A DNA stretch of 64,000 nucleotides from assembly GCF_009914755.1 (NCBI RefSeq), contig NC_060936.1. One strand, 5' to 3'. The translations under genes were made by a program, and so were the position numbers. This stretch comes from the human T2T-CHM13v2.0 reference genome, Homo sapiens. Of this stretch, positions 40,222 through 54,500 are shown piece by piece. How positions within the stretch are numbered: the stretch's first letter is position 1; the number at the start of each line of letters is the position of its first letter. The notes below the pieces were generated by a model, which did not search any database, had not been told where the DNA came from, and saw only the letters and a program-made list of their open reading frames with translations.

Positions 40222-41569
40222 TTAAATATTTGAGGAAACATAACCTGCTAAATTTCTGAGTTTTGATTTATTGGTTGTATAAATAGTATGGGAGTATTTG
40301 GGGAATATTACTTGAATAGAGATTAATAAATTGGACATCAAAGTACAAAAAATAACAAACATTTTTTTCCATACCCAAAAGCACCTGAGGTGTTAAAGAA
40401 TTTATCCTAAGCTTCCTGTCTCTGATTTCTGGGTCTTCAATTGATCCCCATTCTATTGCTTGCATCTCTGTGACTCTATTTCCTCATCTATAAAATGGGA
40501 TGATACTACCTAAGAAGGTTGTGAGGATTTAATAACTCCTTTTGAAGCACTTACTACAATGCCCAGCACATACTTGCTAAATAAATGTTGGCTGTCTTTA
40601 TCTTATCCCAGTACTACCTTGATTATGCCACCTCCTGCTCAAAACCATTTAATTGCTCTCCAGTAACCCCAGGGCAAATCCAATTTCCTTTATACTTACG
40701 TCCTCACCTCTTCCTACTTCTCAGCCTTGGCCCTCACTATTTATTCCCTGCCACCTCCAGCCAACCAGACAGATTAAATTCCTCCCTATGCTTCACCCTG
40801 GTCCCCCATCATCAACATTTCTTTCATACTATCCCTCCACCTGAAATGCCTTGCCTCCCTCCCATGCCATTATGGCCATTGCAAACTCCTATCATCCTTC
40901 AAAACCCATCTCAAATATCACTTCTTCCAATATGCTTTCATGGTCATCTCCAACTCTCTCCTGCCTCTGAACTCTTTAATAGTACCTCTTTCTTGGCAAG
41001 CATCGCATTCTTTCTTGCATCAGAGCCAAACACCTATGTGTCTGGTCATCCCTGCTGACCCATAAGCTCCTTGAAGGCAGGACCCACTTCTGATTGATCT
41101 TGGGAAACACAGGGCTGCCCAGCCCAAGGCCTGGCATGTAATAGGTGCTCAGCTAACAGACGGTGGATTCTACTAGCTCTGGGTAGTTGTGTCATCTAAG
41201 TAGAAGCAGCAGGAACCTGCAGGTTTCCCAGGCCACCCTCACTGACCTGTGTAGACTATGAGGGTACAGAAAACCAACGAAGCCAGCAGTCTGTACATGC
41301 AGGGTCCACCGAGCAGATGGCAAGAAGACGGCAGAGCCAGATTCTAGGAGCATGTGGAGCTGTGTGTGCTCAGCTCATCAACATTCTCTCAGACATTTAG
41401 CCCCTCAGTCAGTCAACATTTTTTTTTTTTTTTTTTTTTTGTCTATTCTGTGCCAGGCACTGTGTGAGGTGCAGCGGACACCAGCCTGGTGTCCGTTCCC
41501 AAAGAGTATGCCTATGTGCCCGGAGCTCCTGTGTGTGCACATACATGTGCCCACGTGCAAGCCCCACAC

Positions 41570-42090
41570 GGCCTGGAGTTCCAGCTCCCGACAAGCTGAG
41601 CCTCCTGTGAGCCGAGGCTGAGAGGGCCGCCTATTACCCTGTTTCCAAACAACTCCCCTTTCTGCGCCAGCGCCGCTGCCTCTCCCGTCTGTTTGCCCCT
41701 CGCCGCCTCCTCCCTCTGTTGGGGCTGCCGCTGATGATGAAATTTGGCTTGCAACAACCTCTTCCTCCCCTTCCTGCAGGCCTGGGAGAGGATTAAGCCG
41801 CTGGAGTCTGAAATCGGAAAGATCCCAGCTTCTGCTCCCCAGCACCTCCCCTCGCCCCCTCCCCCTCCCCGCCCATGCAAAACTAGAAAATTAATCTCCC
41901 CTTCTGCCTGTGATATGGCGGGCTGCATTACAAGCTGGGCGTCGAGATAAAGCGGGGAGCCGCGGGACGGCGGCCCAGCGCCGGGGCCCCGGGTGGGGCC
42001 GGCCAGGGAGATAAGGGCCTCCCAGCCCCATGAATTATTCACCGGCACTGCCTCCTCTGGCTGGGCGGCCGCCCTGGGCGCTGAGATTGC
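41570..42090. promoter_or_regulatory. CpG-rich orphan island / candidate enhancer about 6.5 kb upstream of ASIC1
   Basis: Repeat-free, CpG-rich, with TAAT/ATTA cores and two AGATAA sites (41945, 42009). Confidence 0.55.
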
Positions 42091-42974
42091 GTCTTCCAGA
42101 GGGGCCTGGGTAGGGTGGGAGGGGGGTCCGTGGGGAAGGGCAGCAGGCTGTAGAGGGGTCTTCCTATGGGGGATGGGGAGAGGGGAGGACTGTACTTAGC
42201 TGGGGGACAGCTCAGAGACACAAGCGCCTTGAAAAGCCAACTGATGCAGGGGAAGAAGGTGTCCCCAGGCCCTGGGAAGCCCAGACCCAGCCAGAACCCC
42301 CGCAGGGGTGCTCCTTATTATACAACTCATTAAACGCTATTGAGAGGCTACAATAGCCAGACTCAGGCCAGGTCCCAGCACCCCAGAGCTAGAGAGCCAG
42401 TCCCGCCTGAGGGCGCCCTCAATACAATGCACCTACCGAATGCGGGCTGTGTTTGGACCTGGGCGCATTCCTCTCACCAGGCCTGTCTCAGCCACATTTC
42501 TCCCCCTCCGTCATCTCCTCTGGTAGTCAAGACAGCCGCTGCTCGCTCTGGGGGAGCACCCCGACTTGAGGGGGTGCAAGAGGAGGAGACAGGACAGATC
42601 TGCTCTCAGGCCAGCCAGAGCCCCCAAAACAGAGAAACCAGGGCAGGTGGTGTAGGGGGGAAGTGGGGGTCAGTGCTACCGTAGGGAGATAACCAGGGAA
42701 GTTTCCTGCGAGGGGAAATAACCCCAGGCACTATGTGAACCTTTTGTTTCTCTCCTTTCTTGCTTGTTCTCAAAGACCCAGAATTTGAAAGCAGGGAAGG
42801 ACCTTAACAGTCTCTTCCCTATCTTGAAGTCTCTATCTTTCCATCTCTCCCTACCTTCTCTCTTCTCTTTCCTCTCCATCTGTCTCCACTCCTCCCTCTC
42901 ACTCCATATTGTGTGTCCATCTGCCCTTTGAAGTTCTGCCTTGGCCCCGATTTCTCCACCTCTCTGTCTCTCTC

Positions 42975-43249
42975 TTCGAGATGGAGTGTGGCTCTGTCTC
43001 CCAGGCTGGAGTGCAGTGGCGCAATCTCGGCTCACTGCAAACCCTGCTTTCCGGGTTCAAGCAGTTCTCCCTGCCTCGGCCTCCTGAGTAGCTGGGATTA
43101 CAGGCACCTACCACCATGCCCAGCTAATTTTTGTATTTTTAGTAGAGATGGGGTTTTGCCATGTTGGCCAACTCCTGCCCTCAAGTGATCCACCTGCCTC
43201 CGCCTCCCAAAGTGCTTTGGATGACAGGTGTGAGCCACCATGCCCAGCC
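42975..43249 (-). mobile_element. Alu
   Basis: Reverse consensus. Confidence 0.9.
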
Positions 43250-45256
43250 TATTGTCTCTTTAATGATCCCTCCCTTCTGAAGTCTTGACTCCCCCAAATG
43301 GCATGTTGACACACAAATTGTAATGTGCCATAGAAGGAAGGTGGCCATCTGCTGTCCCCCAACCCCCTAATTGGGGAGAAAAAAGAAGGGTTCAACATGG
43401 TCCTGGATGTGCAGACAAACTGCTGAGACCCAGACAGAGGCAGCAGTATGGGGAGAGAGCCCCCCAGAGATGCACTGGCACAAGAAAGAGAGCCTGAGAC
43501 ACCGAGAGAGCCAGGAATGAGAGGTGCTGGGGAACGGTGAGGACCAGAGATCACTCCTTCAGGATTGCAGAGGCAGACACCTGCCTGACAGGCAACCTGG
43601 AACCCATGGACTCCTGTAGCAGATACAGAGCCCCATGTTCATGAACCAGTGGACAGGCACATTTGTTGAGACCCATATTTAAGTTGGAGAGGGAAAGGTG
43701 ATGAATAGGAGAGGGAGAAGAGATGGGGAGTGAAGAGGGGGCTAGATTAGAAGGAGGAAGTGGGGAGGAGGAAAGGGTGAGTCCTAGAAGGATGGAGAAG
43801 ACAGAGACTTGAGTGGGAAAAGGGAGAAAAGCTGAGTGGAGGAGGAGAGAAGAGATTAGAGAGAGGAATGAGAGAAAAGAGACAGGATAGCATAAGGTGG
43901 GGGAGAAAGGGTGAGGATAGCAGGTAAGTGTGGGAGTGGGGTAAGAGGAGTGTTTGGACTAGTAAAAAGAGAAAGCAGTGGAAAAGATGAGGGTTATGGG
44001 TTGGCAGGTGGTGGGGGGACAACGTTGAGTATGGAGGGTGGGGAGGCTGTGTTGCTGGGTCCCATCAGCCTTAGGTCCCCAGCCCCTTCCCAGTGCGTGC
44101 TAATTAACTCCTTAATTGTCTCTGCATTTGCTGAGCCGGCAGATGAAGTGGATGCAGACAGATTGGGGCGCGTGTGATTTCATGCACGGGGGAGCGGAGA
44201 AGAGCTGCCTGGAAATCCCAGGGGGTCTTGTCCCCCTCTTTACCCTCCCTCTTCACCCATCTCTGAGAGGCTGGAGGGCGCTTCTGCACCTAAAGCAGAT
44301 GGGGCCATCTGCAAGGGAAGCATCCATGGGGAATTTGCCCCCATCAGCCTTTCAGGGATGATCATAATGCTTGCCACTATTGATGGAACACCCCCTACTG
44401 TTTGCTAGACACACATTGTTTCAACAGCATGGGCATTAGCTGGGTTTTATGGTTTCTGGAGAAAAGTGAGACTCAGGCTAGGTTACTTGCCCAGGGCCAC
44501 ACAGCACTGGTGTGACAGAGCTGAGATTTGAACCTAGGTGAGCACAAGGCCAAAGTCCTAAGTGGGCCCTGGCTAGATGCCTCCTGCCAGCAGAAGGAGA
44601 AATATCTTCAGGCCTGTTTCCCTCTCAGTCCGTGGTGGGGATAAAGGGTACTGAGGTCTAAGGACTGCAGGGTCCAGAGAAAACGAAGCATGGAGAAGAA
44701 GCTGGGAGGATGCTGAAGGAGCCAGTATCCTCTGTCAGGACTTGGACAAGGGGTGGGTGGGCCAGAGAAGCAGAAAGAAGTAATGAGACACTAATCACAG
44801 CCCTTGGATCCCTCAAGTGTTATCTTACTAAGGCCCTGCCAACACCAACTTCCTCTTTTCCTCATCCTTGTCCCACAAACCCCTGTCAGAGTGACTGCCC
44901 CCCTGCCTCTCTCTGCTGGCAGCCCTGGCTCAGCCTTCTATTTCACTCCTGGCCCTTGCACTAGAGTCACAAGTCAACATGTTTGTCTCTCTTTCCACAC
45001 TGGGATATTTTGAGGCAAGGACTCTGCCAATCCTCACCATGTCCACAGGGCCAATCTTGGGGCTTGATCCAGGAAAACCCTCGGTGAAGGTTTGCTGCGA
45101 TGTACAGGGTAGGGATGAGGGGATGTGTGTGTGCAAGGACCCATCACTTCTCAAACGAAGAAGAAACAACAGCATGAGGGATTTAGGTTGTATATAAGAA
45201 AGAACTTCCTAAGACTGGGGCCTGTGACACTATGAAACCATAATTCAGACCCATAA

Positions 45257-46532
<1,276 letters not shown>

Positions 46533-48269
46533 TAAAAGCTCCCCAGGTGATTCGAATGTGCAGCCTGGGTTAAGAACCAGTGCCTTAGATTCTGCCCTGG
46601 TTTGGCTGCACTGGTGGTTTTACCACTAGATCCAAATGCTAATACTAATAATAGTTATTTACTTATTGGGATTTACTAGGTACATGCCAATGTACTAAGC
46701 ACTTTCCATGCGTTAGCTCATGTAATCCTCGAAAAATCCTGTGAAATAAATATTATCTCTGCCTTACAGATGAGGAAACCGAGGTCCAGAGAGGTCAAGG
46801 GGCCTGCCTATGCTAATGAATGGCAGGGCCAGGTCTGGAAGCTGATTCTCCTGATTCATACCTTCTGTCTTCCCCCAGACTCCTCCTGAGGCTGCTCCTT
46901 GGCCTCAATCAGTCCTCGCCTGCCTCCACCTCACCTCATCACCTTCCCTCCACCCCCGCTGCTCCCTCAGTAACATCCCAGGTGACTGAAGCAATTGCAG
47001 CCATTTGAAGAGGCTCCACGTGTCAGTCAGCCTGCGAGCCGCGGGGAGGTGGGGAAATTACAGATGCTCCAAAATAGTGTTCCCCTCCCCCTGAGGATAT
47101 TTGGAATTCAGGAATCAGACTCTGCCTGATGCTTCCTCAGGTCTCTGGGACCCTCCCAGGTGATTTCCCACTCTCAAATGCCCCCCACGAGTTGATTCTA
47201 AGTATCTGGGAGAGGGCTGCCACCCAGTGGCTGCCCGGGGGCATAGCAACCCCCCAGCACTGCCTGGTACCGCTGAACAGCTCCCCAAGACCTGAATGGA
47301 AGATCCTCCCTTCCTTTTGGCAGCTCCGTGTCCAGTCCCCTAGTAAATGGATCTCGACCTCCCTCCTCCACAATCTTAAGTCCACTCTCCCACTAGGGAC
47401 CTCCAGACCCCTTCTCTGGTTTCCTAGATGTCCACTACTCCCAACTTCTCATCCAACTTCTTTCCAATGTGCCATCCCCTTCTCGTTACAGGTTTTCTTC
47501 TAACTTAAAGCCCGGCACCATGTCCTAGGAATACACCTCTCACCATCCTTCTCCCCGAGCCGCACCAGCCTGCAAGTAGAGCGAAGGAGCCACTAGAGAC
47601 AGAACTCTGGTCCCCCGCACCCTCCTCCTCATCATCTGACACCATCAGACCTCAACAGCCTCTGTGCTAAGAGCCCCTAATGAGCATCAGCAAATTAACA
47701 ACTTCCCCTTGATTGCTCCTTCTCTGTTAATTGGATAGGGAGGGCCCCCCTCCCCAAGGCCTCTCAGAGAAGAGGAGGGAGGCAGGGAAGGAGAAAGGTG
47801 AGAGCCACAGGAGCAGCCCCCAGGCCTGCGTTCTGTGCTGAGACTTCTGCTCCATCCCTGAGCATAGCTCCCCGTTCCAACCCTTCCTCACCCTGTCCCC
47901 TTCACTCCCTTTGCCTCCTTCCTTCTGTCCAAATTCCCTTGACCTCTGGCTATTTTTCCTTCCTTTTCTCTGCTCCTTCTTTGGAGATTTGGCAGTAAGG
48001 GGTTGCGACCATGCCCCCCACAAGCCCAAAGCTACAAGGATGGGATCTGAGTGGTCAAGGCTGCGTGTTGGCTCACATATGTGCACGTGTATATGTGTCA
48101 CATGTAGGTGGGAGCAGGGATAAGAGCAGGTGAGTGCTTGCCATGTGGGTCAGGCCCCCGGGATACGTGGACATCTGTTGCGGGGGGGTGTGGTTGTGAA
48201 TGGTGTGGTGTGACTCTGGTCGGTATGTGTGTCTGTCTCCATATGGGCTAAGTGCTTGAATTAGTCAAG

Positions 48270-49270
48270 TGTGACTCGGAGCGTGTGTGTGTATGTGTGT
48301 GTGTACGCGCGTGTGTGCCACCAGAGGAAGCAGCAGCAAGAGGCAGGAGCATCGATCCGAAGGAGACAGCGCGGGGAGGGGGACGCTAGGGGCAGACACC
48401 CTCCCTCCTGCGCGCACACACGCGCGCGCGCACACACACCACACACAGAGTCATACACACAAGCCATAGGGCCTCGCAGGCAGGGAGACGGCTCCGGGAC
48501 TGGAGAGAGGCAGCGCCGCCGAAAGCGGCCGCGAGGAGGGGCGAGGCGGCGCGGGGAGCCCTGGGTCCCGCTCCCGGATCCGGGGCCCCGCGCGCACACC
48601 AGCCCAGAGACAGCCTCGCAGACACTCGTAGGCGCGCACGCGCACCCTCTCCCCTCCCCCTCCCCTCCCGCCGCCTCCCGGCCGGACGATGGATCCCTGC
48701 AGATCCCAGGGCTGAGAGCACCGCGCACCGCGCCGAGCCCGGGCAGACCGAGCCGAGGCGAGCGAGCCAGCGAGCCAGCGCGCGCGGGCGGGCGGACAGA
48801 TCGGAGCCGAGCGGGGCCGGGCGGGGCGCTCCCTGCAGGGCTCTGCGCGGCGTGCCGCGGCGGCCGCGGGCTCCGGCCCCGGGCCATGAGCCCCTCCGCG
48901 ACTCGGCGCTGAGCCCGCCACCGGTCCAGCGCCCCAGGACCCGCCGCCGGCTGCCGGCTTGCCGAAGCCCCCTCAGGTGGGTTTCCGATACCCCTGCCTT
49001 TGGCCGCGAGGCTCCTCGCTACCCCGAAGCCGGGACTCTCCTCCCTCTGGATTTCCCTTGCTGCTGGGGCGGCTCGGTGGCTGGGGAGGGGGGCGGGGGC
49101 CGAGCTGGGGATCTGACTGCGACGAGAAGCTGGACTGGGGGGGGCTGCGTCCGGGGCGGGGACAGCTCGCTGTCATAGGGAACCGCGCCCCCCCTCCATA
49201 CATCCACCTCGGGCAGCCCGCCACCCCCCACTCCCAACATACACACAGCCTGCGCTTATGTGAGAACTGG
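48270..49270 (+). promoter_or_regulatory. ASIC1 CpG-island promoter
   Basis: Very high CpG/GC, no TATA, immediately upstream of the ASIC1 coding exons. Confidence 0.9.
48656..48976 (+). other. ASIC1: ASIC1 non-coding exon 1 (start approximate)
   Basis: Donor CAG|gtgggt at 48976/48977; the next acceptor is ctcctcccccag| at 49810. Confidence 0.8.
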
Positions 49271-49787
49271 AGACACCCGCAGGTGAGGACTCAGGCTGGG
49301 CCCCTCCCTAGATGTAGCCACCTCCCTGGGGGTTTTCTGGCCCCAGTTTAGCCCTTAGGACCACAGCCCCGTCCAGGGAATACCCGTGACCAGGACAGGA
49401 GCTCCTTACCCCGGGGTCAGCCCATCTGGGTGAGTTTTCATCTCCAGGATGGGGTGGATATTCTTGTCCCAGAGTGACCCCACATCTGGAGGGAACTCCT
49501 GCGCCTGCCTATGGGTGCATCAGGACTTCCCCCTCAACCTCGGATGACTATATCTGGGGTCTCCCCGGGCCTGGGAAGCTTCTCTGGGGAGCATTCTCTT
49601 GGCCTGACCTGACCCCCTGTGCCTCTGTATTTGGAGGAACCCTGGATGTGTCCCTTGGTCAGCCACCTCTGGGCTTGCAAAGCAGGGAAGTCTTCTGCCC
49701 GAGGAGTGGTGACCTCTGGAGATGAGGATTCTGGATGGGCACATGTGGAGGGGCTCCATGTGTACTTTCATCCCAGGACAATGATAG

Positions 49788-50270
<483 letters not shown>

Positions 50271-50789
50271 TAGAGCCCAGCCAACCCTGCCCTTTAACCC
50301 ACCCCCACCCCCAAACCTGCCACTCACAGCAGAGGAGTTAGGGTGCTGCTGAGCACCCAGTTAAGGGCACCCAGCCTCCGATCCCAGCATAGTCCAGAAC
50401 AGCTCGACCCCCACCCAGCCTGAGGTATGAGACATTGTCACCCTCTCTGGAGTGAGCTTTACCTTCATTCTGGCCACTCTGTCTTGACCTTCTCGTCAGT
50501 TGGGGGATGGGGACAGAACATCTTTAAAGGGTAGAAACTACAGTATAAAAGCCACAGCCCCTGCCTTGTCTCTCTGCCCACCTTATCCATGCTTCCTCTC
50601 ACCCATGTGCTGGGATGGGATGCCCTGCCCCTGGGCAGCCACTACAGTTCCTCCTGTCATTTCAGACCCATGTGGTAGAGCCTCTGCATGCCCAGCTCTC
50701 CTTCCTTGCCTACACCTGGGACTGATCCCCAGGGCTGGAGGCTGCCCCCATCACCCAAGTTGGGTGCAGGACACTGATGACTGTACTGA

Positions 50790-51194
<405 letters not shown>

Positions 51195-51374
51195 TGAGCA
51201 CCTGAGCCTCAGCCTTGCAGCCATGATGGCAGGAAAGAGAGCCTACAGTGCACAACACACACATATATGCACACACGTGCGTGGTCTGGCATAGCCACAA
51301 ACCCACCAAGCTTACCTTCTAGGCCACAGGTGTCAGAGCTGAGCAGACAGGTGGGTAAGCTACAGCCTTGTTAC

Positions 51375-51520
51375 TTGTAGTGAGGTCCAGGACCATCAAC
51401 TGGGAGCTTGAAAGGAATGCAGGACTTTGCCACCCCACTTCCCAAACCTACTGAACCAGAATCTCCATCTAATAAGATCCTCAGGTGACTGGAGTATACA
51501 CTAAAGTTTGAGAAGCACCG
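51375..51520 (+). mobile_element. MER5-type hAT fragment
   Basis: acctactgaaccagaatct...caggtgactggagtatacactaaagtttgagaagcac. Confidence 0.7.
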
Positions 51521-54500
51521 TGAAGCACAAGTAAGGGAAACCTTCTCTTAAATAGCCAGACAGTAACTCCCTGTGTGCCATCCGCACCCCATACATAGAC
51601 ACATACACTGTTTGGTTAGGTTTCCTGCTTGCCAGCAAGAGCCGCAGAGCCAGGGTCTGAGGAAAGGAAGGCCATCGGGACACCCAGTCATGGCTGCCCT
51701 GGAGGCTTCCTTTGCATCTTAAAATGGAGATGCCCCACAGATGTGGCTGCCTCAGGCCAGCACCTCAGGGAGGGCATAGGGAAACTGATTTTGGCATCTG
51801 ATGTGCTGGGCAACCCTGGGCAAGTCACACAGATTCCTGAGGGTTAAGACCTGGACCCAGATGGCAAAGAGACCAGAGGCTCCAGAGCCATGCAGGAACA
51901 ATAACACCAAATGAATGGACAATGCTTGTAACTCTTTCAAATGCTTTCTAGGCTCCCCTCAATCCCCTTGATACATAATCACATTACCTCTGTTTTACAA
52001 ATGCACGAAACTGAGACACAGGCAGAATGATTTACCCAAGCTCACACAGTTAGTGACAGGTGACAGGTTCAGGATTAGAACTCATGTCTTGTTAAGCTGA
52101 AAATGTCCTTTACTCTTTTAATTAATATTGTGGACCCTGGGGTTATTGTGTCCACTTCAAATTCTTGCCAGTCTTTTCCAGGACCCTTTGCTCTCCATGC
52201 CTACTCAGCTCTTGGATTCTCTTCCTTCTTCCTGCCTATTTTCTCCCCGCTTGCTTGCTTCCTCCTGCAGTATGGGAATATGAACTGTATTTGTGCAGAA
52301 AGGATGGCACCATAGTCATGCTTAGTGTTTCTAGCTGTGCAAGACTTCCCAATCTCCTTAAGCCTTGCTCTGCAGACCAGTTTCACTGGCCTTTGTCAAT
52401 CCTGCTGGACAAAGTTCACATGACTGCACTCTTTGCTGAGCCAAGCTGATGGGGAGCTTAGCCAAGATGCAAGAACCACTTCCTTCCCTCTCTTACTGCT
52501 TCATAACAGGAGAGTCCTGGATTCCCCAGAGCTTGAGACCAGAGGGTTTGCAGTCTCACAAGTGATGCTCCCAAGAGTAACAGGACTGTAGGTGAAGGTG
52601 GAAGCAAAAGCCAGAGCCGCCTCCCTCCAACACACCCAACACACAAGCAGGAGGGACCCGTGAGAAAGATGGAGAAAACGTATTTGTTTGAGTGGTTTGT
52701 AGTGTTGGATGAGGGAGAGAAGTGCTTGGCTCAATCTGAGGAGGTGCTAAGATATAAATTTGGGCACAGTTAGTCCATAGAAAGTATTCAGTTGAGGCTC
52801 CATCTGTCCATCATGTCCAGAAAGATTCCAAGTGGTGATGCTAAGATAACATTTGGTTGATGGTAATGGAGACACTGAGATGTGATTGGTCCATGCTGTC
52901 TGAGGGGACCATTCTAAGTAGTCAGATGGAGATGTGATTGGCTCACAAAGTTCTGGAGCAGTCTGAATTATTCCTCTTACTCAGGGGTAAAGACACACAG
53001 GCTAGCACCCTGCAGCCCCAGCTGTGCCCCTTCTTGCTTCTGGGTTGTCAGGGAAGACCAGGTTTTTGCTGTTTTGCAGCCCATGTCAAAGACCTGACCC
53101 TGAATTTTGCTGGACTCAAACCTCTCACTCCTCCCTCTGCTCTCTTCAGTTGGTTTCATTGCCAGCCCCTCTCCATGTCAAGAGCTCTACCCATAGGGAT
53201 GTTCCCACACAGATGGGCGTCTGGCTGGAGTCCATGTCTGACACCTCCCCGGTGGAGAAGGGCCTGGCAGTCTCTCTCCTCCAGCTCCCCAGTCCTAAGG
53301 GCTCCCACACTCCTTGCCTGATACTCCATGCTCTCCCTTCTCTCCTCAGTCTTGTGATTAACATCCTTGCCATTCTCTGCTAGGCCAAGAGGTGTGTTGG
53401 GAGTGTGTCTCTAGCCCTGGGCAGATGTAGCACTGACAGGAAACACCTGTCTATAGGGTCGATCTAAGGGAGACCATCTTGGCATCTTCTGCAGCCTTCA
53501 GAGCAGAGGTTCTTCACTGAGGAAAGAAGGTAGTCAGGGAAGAGAGGCTTTGTGGTTAGGGCTTTGCTTGCTCTTTCAGTAGCTCAGGAAGAAGCTGCTG
53601 GGCCCCATCCAACAGGATTGCTGTGGGATACCACCCCCCACTGTCCAAGACCTTGCTCAATGCTTTTGCAAGTATAGTGTGCGGGGGCACGTGTGGACTC
53701 TTTTGTAGATTTCTAAGGGCAACCCTCTTCTCAACAATAAGAACCCTGTTTCTCAAGGCTGGTTGGGGGAGGCATAAGAAGACAATTCAGGGAGGCTACT
53801 CTGGTCACTCAAAGACCCCAGCTCCCCTGATGAGGATCTGCAGTAACAGGCATTTCTCCAGATGTGCTCCTGGATCTAGCTCAACCCCAGGGAATAGTTG
53901 GTGGTCACAAAGCATTTGGCCAGGGTCCATCCCCCAGGTGTGGCTGAGTCAGCTTGGGAGGGTGGGGGTGAATATGGGGAGCCTGAGCTGAATCTGGGAG
54001 AGACTGGTTTGGAAATCCTTCGGGACTGAAGAGGGAGAAGGGCAGGGCAGGGAGTATCCCCACAGCAACCTGGCTGGGAAGGTTTCAATAGCTGCCTCCT
54101 GAGCAACCACAGTGACCCAACCACAAGGCCCCCTCTTCCCGGCCACCTCCTTTTCTTCCTGGTAGGGTGTGTTGTTGCCAAGACAATGGGGTCCATGGCT
54201 CCTCTCTCCTGCCCCACCTTGAGGCCAGCCAGGCCAAGGCAGGGCAGGGATTCCATGGAGGGGGGCTGGGGTGCAGCTGTCTGCTGGTGTCTGGGTGGGG
54301 GCCAGAGAAGTGAGCACAGTCGCAGCTGGTGCCATCCTCCAGCTGCACCTTATCTGTCCCTGGCAGTGGGAGCAGCTGATGTGGCCAGAATGCTGAGCAG
54401 CAGCAAGGGGAGGGGGCTGGCAGATGGTCACCCAGTCTGCCCTATGCCACCCCCTCCTCCGCTGAGACCTAGACCCTTTGCCTAGCGGAGAGAGAAGCAG

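Noticed and set aside
48261-49351. 200-aa Arg/Pro/Gly-rich ORFs on both strands
   Set aside because: CpG-island artefacts; only the two short uORFs are credible.
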